From: Candidatus Poseidoniales archaeon
GTDB taxonomy: Archaea > Thermoplasmatota > Poseidoniia > Poseidoniales > Thalassarchaeaceae
NCBI GenBank assembly: GCA_012959435.1
Contig: DUDF01000113.1
Location: forward strand, 3,730 to 67,729
Reading direction: 5' to 3'
DNA length: 64,000 nucleotides
Below, piece after piece: positions 55,989 to 64,000 of the stretch. Made by a program: the position numbers and the translations under genes. How positions within the stretch are numbered: the first letter of the stretch is position 1; each line of letters opens with the position of its first letter. Under the pieces are notes generated by a model. That model was not told the DNA's origin and did no database searches. It saw nothing but the letters and a program-made list of their open reading frames with translations.

Positions 55989-58547
55989 TTAACTACTTGA
56001 TTCACTGGTATCGTTTTCTAAACCACCAAACATGGTTAGTAGCGCCGGCAAGATGAACACACAAGCCGCCTGAGCGAGAACAACCATCGCAATCATCACT
56101 TTGCCAAACATGGTGAACATTGGCATGACCGAGAGCAAAAGCACTCCAAACCCAAGAATGTCGGTAAATCCTGAAGCGAACAACGCAGTACCCGTGTGCC
56201 CCATCATTCCTTGCACCCAACGCGCCATGCCCTCATCTGGCCGCCTCCTCTTCTGTTCCCGAATCGCTTGAGTTACGTGAATCGCGTAGTCTAACCCAAG
56301 CCCTATTGCTAAACTAGCCACCTGTAGTGTAACAAGATTGAGGCTTTGTCCAGCCAAGTTAATGCCAGCGTATAACCACAATGAAACAGCTACTACTGGA
56401 GTAATTGTTAGAAGACTAAGGCGTATATCTCTGAAAACTATGTAAAGCACAGCCAAACAAGCAACAATTGCAATGTAAATGCTGTTTTGGAATGAATTTG
56501 TCATCGCATTCACATAGGCATAACGTTGGTATGAATCACCGGTGATTGTGGCTTTTTCTCCGTTGGTGAAATTTAAATTTTCATCCATCAATTGTTCCAT
56601 ATCCACCTTGTACTGAGCCATCCAAGTCCAATCTTCTGCCTTCTCAACCTTGATGGGCAGTTTGAGCATTGTTAGCCGTCCCGATGTCCCATCAATTACA
56701 GCGACTGAAGCCACCCCTTCTACTGCCGTAGCCACCCCTTCTACTGCCGCGGTGAAGCGCGCGTCATTGGGGTTCATCGTTCCATTTGCACTAATATCAA
56801 CCAAGATTTTTTGCAACTCATTACTATCTTCGGGAATCCCAGTGGTTGCGTTTATTGTAGTTGCATTGTATCCACCTCCCCCTGCATTTACGAGGGCAAT
56901 TTGCCAACGGATTGCATCAATGATTGTTGGATCACCGTAAGTCCAATTATTAGCGCGGATATCAGCCATCAATCCATCAATTTGCACTAGAGTATCATAG
57001 TCGGCAAGGTCGCTTGCATCCCCTGCTTGAACTAGGATAAATCCTGGTTCCCCCTTATCAGACTCATCAAAAGCCAAAATAGAAGTGTCCAAAGATTGTA
57101 CCATTCGTGAATTGCCATCTAAATAATCGTGCACTTCAAAGTCCGAATTTGGTTGGCCTATTGCCACAGCACTTCCCGTCAACAAAAGTAATGCAATCAG
57201 GAATGGAATTGGTTTACGCACCTGCACAGCCCCAAGAGCGCGCATCCGATCTGCAAATCCTTTCTGAATCTCATCAGAATGAACAGCATTACCTGACCTC
57301 AAGACAACTGTGAATATACCTAGCAAAAGATATGCTTGCGGTATGAATATCGCCGCTAATCTCCCCCACTCTGCTAAATCTTGAATTGGCGAAAATGAAG
57401 CCGTTCCAAAGGCTATCATTGTAGTAACCGTAGCCAGTCCAAGTGCTGGACTCAACTCGCGGATACTAGTCCATGCTGCGGCCAAGCGCACCTCTTCATC
57501 GCCACCGCCTGTGTGAGCAATCGCCCGCCATCTTGCAAGCCCGTGAAACGAGAAATCTACACCGAGTGCAAGTAAGAGAATCGGTAGCATCGAAGATACC
57601 TGAGTCTGAGGATAACCAAGCCATGCTTGTGTTCCAACCATCCAACCCATCAACAATCCAAGACCTGATGAAGCCGCAAGGACATCACGCCAATCACGGA
57701 AAAACAAACCGAGGATTATCGCCATGAGGACAAAAGAAACCCCGATGAGAGGCATTGTTTTGTTGACCTCGTCATTAATTTCTGTATCAATTGCTAAAAA
57801 TGACCAAACATGAACCTCTTCACCTGTATCACCCATAGGTTTTGCATAAACTTCGTCAATGAGTAGTTCCCACTCCTCAAAAAACGGTTTTTCCATTCCC
57901 GGAGTCCTAGAGTACTCACCAAACAAACTTGACGAGTTTGCAATTCCAAAAATGAAGAAGGCCCGCCCATCCCATGAACCATCTTCTTGTTGTTCTAGAT
58001 AACTTACTGCCTGTAGGTAAGGTTTGCTTCCATCAGGTAGTTGGTAGGCAAAAATCCGAGATAGAACATCATCTAAATCTTCTTGAGTTGAAGAATTGAA
58101 ATCTGAGCCGTCCCAACCAATTTGTTGGCTGACTGGAGTTTCCTGATTCATCACTGCTCGTACTGTTTCAGCAAATCCCCACGGCCCGCTGATATGACCT
58201 TGCACTTGCCATCGATATATTGATTCAAAATGTTTTGAGATTTCTGAATTCGCCATCACTGTATCATGGCGCTCTGCTAATTCACGGAGAACTGGTAAAG
58301 CGAGGACGTTTCCTCCTTCATTATCCCATTCAGGTCCAATGAATAATGCGACATTGTGGTCCTTATATGGCATCTCAACATTTGCTAAAGCAGCTGCATC
58401 CCAAGTATCATTTCCAACCAAAGAAAAGGCTGTTCGGTCGGTTCCAGTTGGACCATAAACAAATCCTGAGAAAATGAAAATAGATGCTAATCCGAACGCC
58501 AATAGAGTCAGTCGGCGACGCTTGCGAAGTGAAGCTAGTTCACTCAT
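55989..58547 (-). CDS. RND/MMPL-family exporter
   Basis: 852 aa. 1+5 TM, large loop, 1+5 TM topology with two large extracytoplasmic loops. GVDFSFH and GLGLDYAIH RND-type motifs. Confidence 0.85.
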   Translation of the reverse strand: MSELASLRKRRRLTLLAFGLASIFIFSGFVYGPTGTDRTAFSLVGNDTWDAAALANVEMPYKDHNVALFIGPEWDNEGGNVLALPVLRELAERHDTVMANSEISKHFESIYRWQVQGHISGPWGFAETVRAVMNQETPVSQQIGWDGSDFNSSTQEDLDDVLSRIFAYQLPDGSKPYLQAVSYLEQQEDGSWDGRAFFIFGIANSSSLFGEYSRTPGMEKPFFEEWELLIDEVYAKPMGDTGEEVHVWSFLAIDTEINDEVNKTMPLIGVSFVLMAIILGLFFRDWRDVLAASSGLGLLMGWMVGTQAWLGYPQTQVSSMLPILLLALGVDFSFHGLARWRAIAHTGGGDEEVRLAAAWTSIRELSPALGLATVTTMIAFGTASFSPIQDLAEWGRLAAIFIPQAYLLLGIFTVVLRSGNAVHSDEIQKGFADRMRALGAVQVRKPIPFLIALLLLTGSAVAIGQPNSDFEVHDYLDGNSRMVQSLDTSILAFDESDKGEPGFILVQAGDASDLADYDTLVQIDGLMADIRANNWTYGDPTIIDAIRWQIALVNAGGGGYNATTINATTGIPEDSNELQKILVDISANGTMNPNDARFTAAVEGVATAVEGVASVAVIDGTSGRLTMLKLPIKVEKAEDWTWMAQYKVDMEQLMDENLNFTNGEKATITGDSYQRYAYVNAMTNSFQNSIYIAIVACLAVLYIVFRDIRLSLLTITPVVAVSLWLYAGINLAGQSLNLVTLQVASLAIGLGLDYAIHVTQAIREQKRRRPDEGMARWVQGMMGHTGTALFASGFTDILGFGVLLLSVMPMFTMFGKVMIAMVVLAQAACVFILPALLTMFGGLENDTSESSS

Positions 58548-58686
58548 TAATGCGGCCGAATAGACCCGCTATAATAAGAGGGCAGTCAATCTGTAATTAC
58601 CCAAAATCCCCATTTAACACACGTCAATAGAAATTGAAAGAAAAATCAACCTAAAAGGATTAAAGAAAATGCCATGACGGAAGTGT
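58548..58686. promoter_or_regulatory. Divergent intergenic region (RND exporter / pirin) with TATA-like box
   Basis: cgctataataagagg near 58568. Confidence 0.35.
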
Positions 58687-59544
58687 GTGAACAAGAGAGC
58701 AATTGCCCAGATTGTCCCAACCCACCGAATGCTAGAAGGTGGTGGATTTCCAGTCAGGAGGCCTGCTGCCCTAGGACGCCTCACAGACCCGTTCCTTTTG
58801 CTTGATGAAATGGGTCCCATAGACTGGCCACCCGGTGGCGCTATTGGAGCACCATCACATCCGCACAGAGGTTTTGAGACGGTCACATATCTTCTTGAGG
58901 GAATGGTTCAACACCAAGATTCTGCAGGCAATTCGGGGTTATTGACACCTGGTGATGTGCAGTGGATGACCGCAGGAAGAGGAGTCATACATTCAGAAAT
59001 GCCACCTCCAGATTTTCTAGAATCAGGAGGAGTGATGCACGGATTTCAAATATGGGTAAATTTACCTGCTGAAAATAAAATGATGCAACCTCGCTACCAA
59101 GATGTCCCTGCTGCTGAAATACCAACTGCAACATCCGATGATGGATTGGCCAAAGTAGTCGTTGTTGCCGGAGAAAGTTTAGGTGTTTCAGCGGTGATTG
59201 ATACGGTAATACCAATCACTTATCTCCATATTTCACTACTTCCAGGCGCGTCATTGAATCAAATATTGGAGAATGGTTTGAATGGCCTAGTGTACTGTTT
59301 TGGAGGGGCATTACAAGTTGGAGAGGCAAATGAGCAGGTTAGCGATGGGCAAATGGCGATTCTTACTGATGGTGATGAAGTCACGTTTTCAGTTCCAGAA
59401 GATGCTGATGAGGGGGCTGAATTACTGCTGTTAGCAGGTCAGCCACTCAATGAGCCAATTGCAAGGCATGGTCCATTCGTAATGAACACTGATGAGGAAA
59501 TACAGCAAGCATTCATTGATTATCAATCCGGAAATTTTGCTTGA
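58687..59544 (+). CDS. Pirin-family protein
   Basis: HPHRGFETVTYLLEG. GDVQWMTAGRGVIHSE. Bicupin length of 285 aa. Confidence 0.9.
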   Translation: MNKRAIAQIVPTHRMLEGGGFPVRRPAALGRLTDPFLLLDEMGPIDWPPGGAIGAPSHPHRGFETVTYLLEGMVQHQDSAGNSGLLTPGDVQWMTAGRGVIHSEMPPPDFLESGGVMHGFQIWVNLPAENKMMQPRYQDVPAAEIPTATSDDGLAKVVVVAGESLGVSAVIDTVIPITYLHISLLPGASLNQILENGLNGLVYCFGGALQVGEANEQVSDGQMAILTDGDEVTFSVPEDADEGAELLLLAGQPLNEPIARHGPFVMNTDEEIQQAFIDYQSGNFA

Positions 59545-59589
59545 ACAAAATGCTGAATTGAGGGCTTTCCTCAAACGGCGGGTTGAAGT

Positions 59590-60705
59590 TTGAGTGGTTA
59601 CTCGCCATTAGTACTACTGACACTGCCCCGCTGTGGAATCTGTTTGTCGGAGGTGCGCGTAATGACTGCAAAGGGAAGCCCACTTACATTGTATACCAGC
59701 GAGAGCAAAATTGAGCCAGAAATTGCTGTCACTCTCGCCAAACAATCTTACCAACTTGTTGGAGAACACGGTGGTGTCAAAGTATGCCACTGGACTAAAG
59801 AGGACCTCAAGAATGATCGTCACTGCTACAAAGGCACATTCTACGGAATCGAATCTTCTGGCTGCATGCAGATGGCACCAAACGTCGATACCTGTAATCT
59901 CGCCTGCACCTACTGCTGGAGAGAACCACACTCAGAAACTCTGAACAAAGTTGATGACGACCCGGAGCATCTTTTCTATGAGAGCGTTAGAGGCCATAGG
60001 AGACTGTTGACTGGATTCAAAGGTCACAAGGATGTGCCTTACGAAAAGTGGGAAGCTGCACAAAATCCGAAACACGTTGCAATCTCCCTTAACGGTGAGC
60101 CAACACTGTATTCTCGGCTCGCTGAATTTCTAGAAATCTGTCACGACCACGGCGTGTCTACTTTCCTAGTGACAAACGGTTCACTGCCGAAGGTGATTGA
60201 AAATCTCGACACACTCCCAACCCAACTTTACATCAGCGTTGATGCGCCCAACAAAAAACTCTTCAACAAACTCTGCAAACCAAAGTTCAACGACAATGCT
60301 TGGGAAAAACTTGAGGAAACCCTTGCACTGCTACCCTCTTTGGACACTAGAACCGTTTGTCGCCATACACTCCTCAAAGGTGAAAGTCTTGGTCATCACA
60401 ACGATTACGCAAGACTAGACAACATTGCAGACCCTGATTGGATTGAAGCGAAAGGTTACGTCCATGTAGGACATTCACAGAATAATCACACAATAGAAAA
60501 TATGCCATCTCACGATGATATCATGGAATTCTCAAACACTCTTGCACCTCTAGTTGGTCGAGAAGTTCTTTCAGACAGGAGAGAGAGCAGAGTTGCCCTA
60601 ATTGGCAAGGAAATTATTCCAGTTACTCTACCAATAGCAACTCGGCAAATCCCAGATGATTTGGGAATCGCACCACCACAAAATTACAAACTTCCACTCG
60701 CTTGA
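59590..60705 (+). CDS. taw1: tRNA 4-demethylwyosine synthase (radical SAM, TYW1/Taw1)
   Basis: Auxiliary cluster VCHWTKEDLKNDRHCYK...GIESSGCMQM. Radical-SAM CNLACTYCW (CxxxCxxC). Probable true start at the internal Met (about 59662). Confidence 0.8.
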   Translation: MSGYSPLVLLTLPRCGICLSEVRVMTAKGSPLTLYTSESKIEPEIAVTLAKQSYQLVGEHGGVKVCHWTKEDLKNDRHCYKGTFYGIESSGCMQMAPNVDTCNLACTYCWREPHSETLNKVDDDPEHLFYESVRGHRRLLTGFKGHKDVPYEKWEAAQNPKHVAISLNGEPTLYSRLAEFLEICHDHGVSTFLVTNGSLPKVIENLDTLPTQLYISVDAPNKKLFNKLCKPKFNDNAWEKLEETLALLPSLDTRTVCRHTLLKGESLGHHNDYARLDNIADPDWIEAKGYVHVGHSQNNHTIENMPSHDDIMEFSNTLAPLVGREVLSDRRESRVALIGKEIIPVTLPIATRQIPDDLGIAPPQNYKLPLA

Positions 60706-60711
60706 AATAAC

Positions 60712-62391
60712 TCAAGACTGAGGGCAATCCAAATTCTCATCCGTTAATTCAAGCGGTGATGAAACAATTGTCATCGGCGTAACTGCGGTTCCATCTGACC
60801 AATTTCCAAGGTCCGTCATTTCGCCCTCATTCATGAACCATGATTTTGCCACATCGGCTGCAACCATATCACCAACTGCTGAGGAAGCAACGAAATCTGC
60901 TTGCGCTTCAATTCGTGGATAATACGAATGGTCAGCCAAAGAATCCCTAACAAATCCTGAGGGCAGATAATGGGACGCCATTAGTCTAGGAAAGCCATGA
61001 TAATCTGATGGCACTTGCAAGAAAAGTACCTGATTTGACGATAATGGTGGGCTTTGGTCGCGAGCTGTTAATCGGGCGTGCTGCCAACGTCCAATGTCCT
61101 TTTCAACAACACAATCAGTCTCATACTCAACCACGTGAATTAGAGTATGGTCGGGTAACTGCGACATATTTCCCATCAAACCTTCCTGCGTAGCATGAAT
61201 CCATGGTGCCTCTAAATCAACCACTAATGATTGGCTTCCAAAACCTCTACTAAGCAGTTCACTCAGCACATAAAACGTGGTCCCAGCACCCATGCTATGA
61301 CCACCAATCCACATGTGATTTGTGTTCAGTTCAGTTGCTCCTAAAACTGCGCTAACAGAAGGGTCTGAATTAATGAATTCAAGACCAGCATCAACACCAT
61401 ACAACGCCATTGTGTACCTAGGCAAATGCTGAGGATGGTCTGAGCCACCTAGAGTATAATTCAACTCAAAGTCTGTTGGGATTGATGACAAATCCATATC
61501 GGAAACATATTGTGGAAAAATCGTCACTAGTCCTTGACCAGCAAGCGACATCATCGTATCGCGATAATATTCCACTTTTTCTCCCTGATAGCCGTGTAGT
61601 ACAACAGCCAAACCAACTGATTCGGAAGTCAAACCAACTGGCACAAAGACATGCACATTCCACTCTTGTTCATTTGCCCAATCATCCCACCAAGAGGTCA
61701 TATTATCAGGATAATCTGGAGTGAGAAAAAACTCCTCTACCTCGTAAGGCATATCTGCACTACCATAACCATCACTGGGTCGTTCAGGTGGACTCGGAAG
61801 AAGGCCAGCAACTGCAGCAAGATTTGGTAAAGTCAGTACTAATGAAACCAGCAAGGCCGTAAGAATTGGAATTTTTCGGATAACAGTAGTTGGTGTGATT
61901 TCACCTTTTGATTTGGATGCATTTATGGTCAAATTACCCGCAACCCCTGCTAACAAGACTGAACCAAACATAAAGGGAAGAATGGCGATTGAACCACGGA
62001 AAAATGCCATATCTAACAAGAAGTAAATTATGGCTCGTGAAAACCCCCAACCAATAACAAATGAGGTGAATAATTTGTACATCTGCCCTGCCTTTTCTGA
62101 ACGTAAATTGCGCCCAGTAATTGCTGCCATTCCAACTAAAATGATTGCGATAAAAGCAACCCATCCAACTAATCCACGAGCCGCCATTGCGTACTGGATA
62201 CTGGCAACAATGTAGACAAATAGGGCATTAAAGAGGCTATTACCATTCAACATCGGCCACCAAATAACCGAAAGACCAATTGTAAATCCAATTATCACCC
62301 AGAGAATTTGAGATTTGATTATTTTTTCCCAATCCAATTCATTCACCCAACATTGAATCCCATGCAGAAGCCATTTTTTTGCCCCAATCAT
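60712..62391 (-). CDS. Membrane-anchored alpha/beta hydrolase (lipase/esterase-like)
   Basis: 559 aa. N-terminal ~190 aa with about 5 TM. GHSMGAG nucleophile elbow. 53-nt overlap with the upstream GT4 gene unless started at the internal Met. Confidence 0.7.
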   Translation of the reverse strand: MIGAKKWLLHGIQCWVNELDWEKIIKSQILWVIIGFTIGLSVIWWPMLNGNSLFNALFVYIVASIQYAMAARGLVGWVAFIAIILVGMAAITGRNLRSEKAGQMYKLFTSFVIGWGFSRAIIYFLLDMAFFRGSIAILPFMFGSVLLAGVAGNLTINASKSKGEITPTTVIRKIPILTALLVSLVLTLPNLAAVAGLLPSPPERPSDGYGSADMPYEVEEFFLTPDYPDNMTSWWDDWANEQEWNVHVFVPVGLTSESVGLAVVLHGYQGEKVEYYRDTMMSLAGQGLVTIFPQYVSDMDLSSIPTDFELNYTLGGSDHPQHLPRYTMALYGVDAGLEFINSDPSVSAVLGATELNTNHMWIGGHSMGAGTTFYVLSELLSRGFGSQSLVVDLEAPWIHATQEGLMGNMSQLPDHTLIHVVEYETDCVVEKDIGRWQHARLTARDQSPPLSSNQVLFLQVPSDYHGFPRLMASHYLPSGFVRDSLADHSYYPRIEAQADFVASSAVGDMVAADVAKSWFMNEGEMTDLGNWSDGTAVTPMTIVSSPLELTDENLDCPQS

Positions 62392-63388
62392 TGATTTGAA
62401 ATTTGGCGGCTCTTTCCAATGCTATTTGGTCTGCACCTGCAGGCTCACCGTTGCGTTCAACCCATACTGAATGTAGTCCTGTAATCGCTTTCACCCACTC
62501 AGCCTTATCTGAAGCAGGAAGTAGCATTGATGGGTCAACAACTTCATTGTGTGCTGGTAAATCACTTGCTAAGACTGAACAACCTGCAGCCATTGCTTCT
62601 AGAACTGGTAATCCAAACCCTTCCCCAGCTGATGGGAAAAGAAGCGCTTCAGCATGCTGATATGCAGCAATCAACTCTTCATCCGAGAGTTTGAGGTGAG
62701 AACCAACCTTCACAAGATTGAGGTCATTTCGAACCTCTTGAGGTAAGGCATCAACCACCCCATCAAGAAAATCTAGCCGCTTTCTCGGCTCATTACTTCC
62801 AACAGTCAATAAAACGAAGTTTCTCAGACTAATTTCGCCTTCAATTCGATAGGGTTCTGGATCAATTGCGTGGTGAACAATACTGACTGGTTTTTCTGGC
62901 CATAACTCCCCACACTCTTCAGCAGTGGTTTCTGAGATTGAAATTAACAAGTCAGCCCTCGCTAGACCGTTTCTCAAATGGCTGAGGTCTTTTCTACGCG
63001 TACTATTTGGTGAATGCTCCCCTACTTCAATTCCAATTACAGTCCGGGGTGAAAGATGAAACAGGTCATGAACCGTGACACTGCAAGGCACTGACTTAGT
63101 TTTTGGAACCAAATGAGCTTGCTCTTGGTCAGTTACATGTATGAGGTCAACAGAACCATTCTTCATGCCATCTAAGGCTTCCTTACTCACCTTCGCTGGA
63201 TGGCTCTTGCGTCTACGCCACCAACGCTGTAATGAATTTCCACCAGTTGGATGCTCAATCACACCAGCCAACTCGTAACCAGGGATTTGACCTGCTTTTA
63301 GCCGGTCAACTAACTCATGGTGGGCGCGGCCAAGACCACTTTGGCGAGGTAACTCCCCGCCGCGAACAAGCAAAACACGCCTCGCCAT
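62339..63388 (-). CDS. Glycosyltransferase family 4
   Basis: 349 aa. [21 protein letters not shown]. Confidence 0.75.
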   Translation of the reverse strand: MARRVLLVRGGELPRQSGLGRAHHELVDRLKAGQIPGYELAGVIEHPTGGNSLQRWWRRRKSHPAKVSKEALDGMKNGSVDLIHVTDQEQAHLVPKTKSVPCSVTVHDLFHLSPRTVIGIEVGEHSPNSTRRKDLSHLRNGLARADLLISISETTAEECGELWPEKPVSIVHHAIDPEPYRIEGEISLRNFVLLTVGSNEPRKRLDFLDGVVDALPQEVRNDLNLVKVGSHLKLSDEELIAAYQHAEALLFPSAGEGFGLPVLEAMAAGCSVLASDLPAHNEVVDPSMLLPASDKAEWVKAITGLHSVWVERNGEPAGADQIALERAAKFQINDWGKKMASAWDSMLGE

Positions 63389-63437
63389 TGCTCCCGCGAG
63401 CCCATGCCGATATTAAACAGGCAAGCGCACGAGAGCG

Positions 63438-64000
63438 CATGGGCGACTCATCGGGACCCTTGCCTAGCCTTCTGGTGGTGAAGGGTACTTTCGAGCAATT
63501 CGGTGGTGCAGAGCGCGACTTGCTGAATAATTTACCAGCATGGGCGCACCACTTTGAAATCACAGTAGCAACCCTAAATCTACCACAAAAAGCACGCGAA
63601 ACACTTGATGATTTAGGAATTAATTATCTCACACCAGTGAAACAATTTACTGTTCCGCGTGGCATTTGGGCTGAAGCAAGAGCGCTATCAAGCCGCCAAG
63701 CCACCCGACTTTGGATCTCAATGCTAGATTTGACTGAACAGGTTACTGGACTACGAGAAGTATTGATAAATTCCGATGCGATTCATGTAACAAGTGGAGT
63801 TGGTTCTCTAGAATTCACAGGCCTAGTACCAAATCATCTCCCCATGCACTACTACTGCCTTGAACCTCACCGCGGGCTATACGAAGATGTGTTACACCGA
63901 ACTATTGAAGGAACTCCAAAACGAAGTTTGTTCCTCACTTCACTGTTGCTAGGGAAACAAAGACGCCGCGACCAAAAATTTGTATCACGTTTAGAAAAAA
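63438..64000 (+). CDS. Glycosyltransferase family 4-like, partial (runs off window end)
   Basis: LVVKGTFEQFGGAERDLLNNL is a GT4 N-terminus. Open to 64000. Confidence 0.5.

Overview
This 64 kb window looks archaeal and is densely coded, with genes on both strands that often overlap by 4 nt. The archaeal call rests on a Taw1/TYW1 radical-SAM wyosine enzyme, a Trm5/Taw2-family methyltransferase, two stand-alone Lrp/AsnC RAM-domain proteins and several wHTH regulators. GC is moderate, and the many surface proteins rich in thrombospondin type-3 (TSP3) repeats are typical of marine planktonic Euryarchaeota (MG-II/III-like); that placement is inference only. No rRNA, tRNA, CRISPR array, integrase or transposase was found.

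The window is dominated by very large secreted, membrane-anchored proteins (signal peptide, extracellular repeats, one C-terminal TM helix, acidic cytoplasmic tail):
- a 2124-aa integrin-like FG-GAP plus TSP3 protein;
- a 1631-aa beta-helix/PKD adhesin;
- a 1018-aa protein of unknown fold;
- 786-aa and 311-aa TSP3 proteins;
- a PKD-domain protein.

The most unusual content is a translationally coupled tandem pair of animal-type heme peroxidases (peroxidase-cyclooxygenase superfamily). One has all catalytic and heme-ligand motifs. The other lacks both the distal and the proximal histidine and is probably a pseudo-peroxidase partner. Next to them sit a membrane-tethered double-wHTH regulator and, divergently, a CRTAC1-like FG-GAP/ASPIC-UnbV protein.

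Other notable items:
- a split DUF1446/DUF4387 (AtuA-like) pair;
- a SLOG/DUF2493 gene next to tandem RAM-domain-only genes;
- a wHTH/P-loop/helical-repeat STAND-like NTPase divergent from uvrC;
- a bacterial-type oligoribonuclease (orn);
- a JAMM/JAB metalloprotease-like gene next to an extremely acidic protein carrying an in-frame (GAA)n microsatellite;
- a small-gene operon with a PadR-like regulator, a cupin and two paralogous membrane proteins;
- a thioredoxin-fold lipoprotein coupled to a single-domain response regulator;
- an RND/MMPL exporter, a pirin, and glycosyltransferases (GT4, GT2) at two loci.
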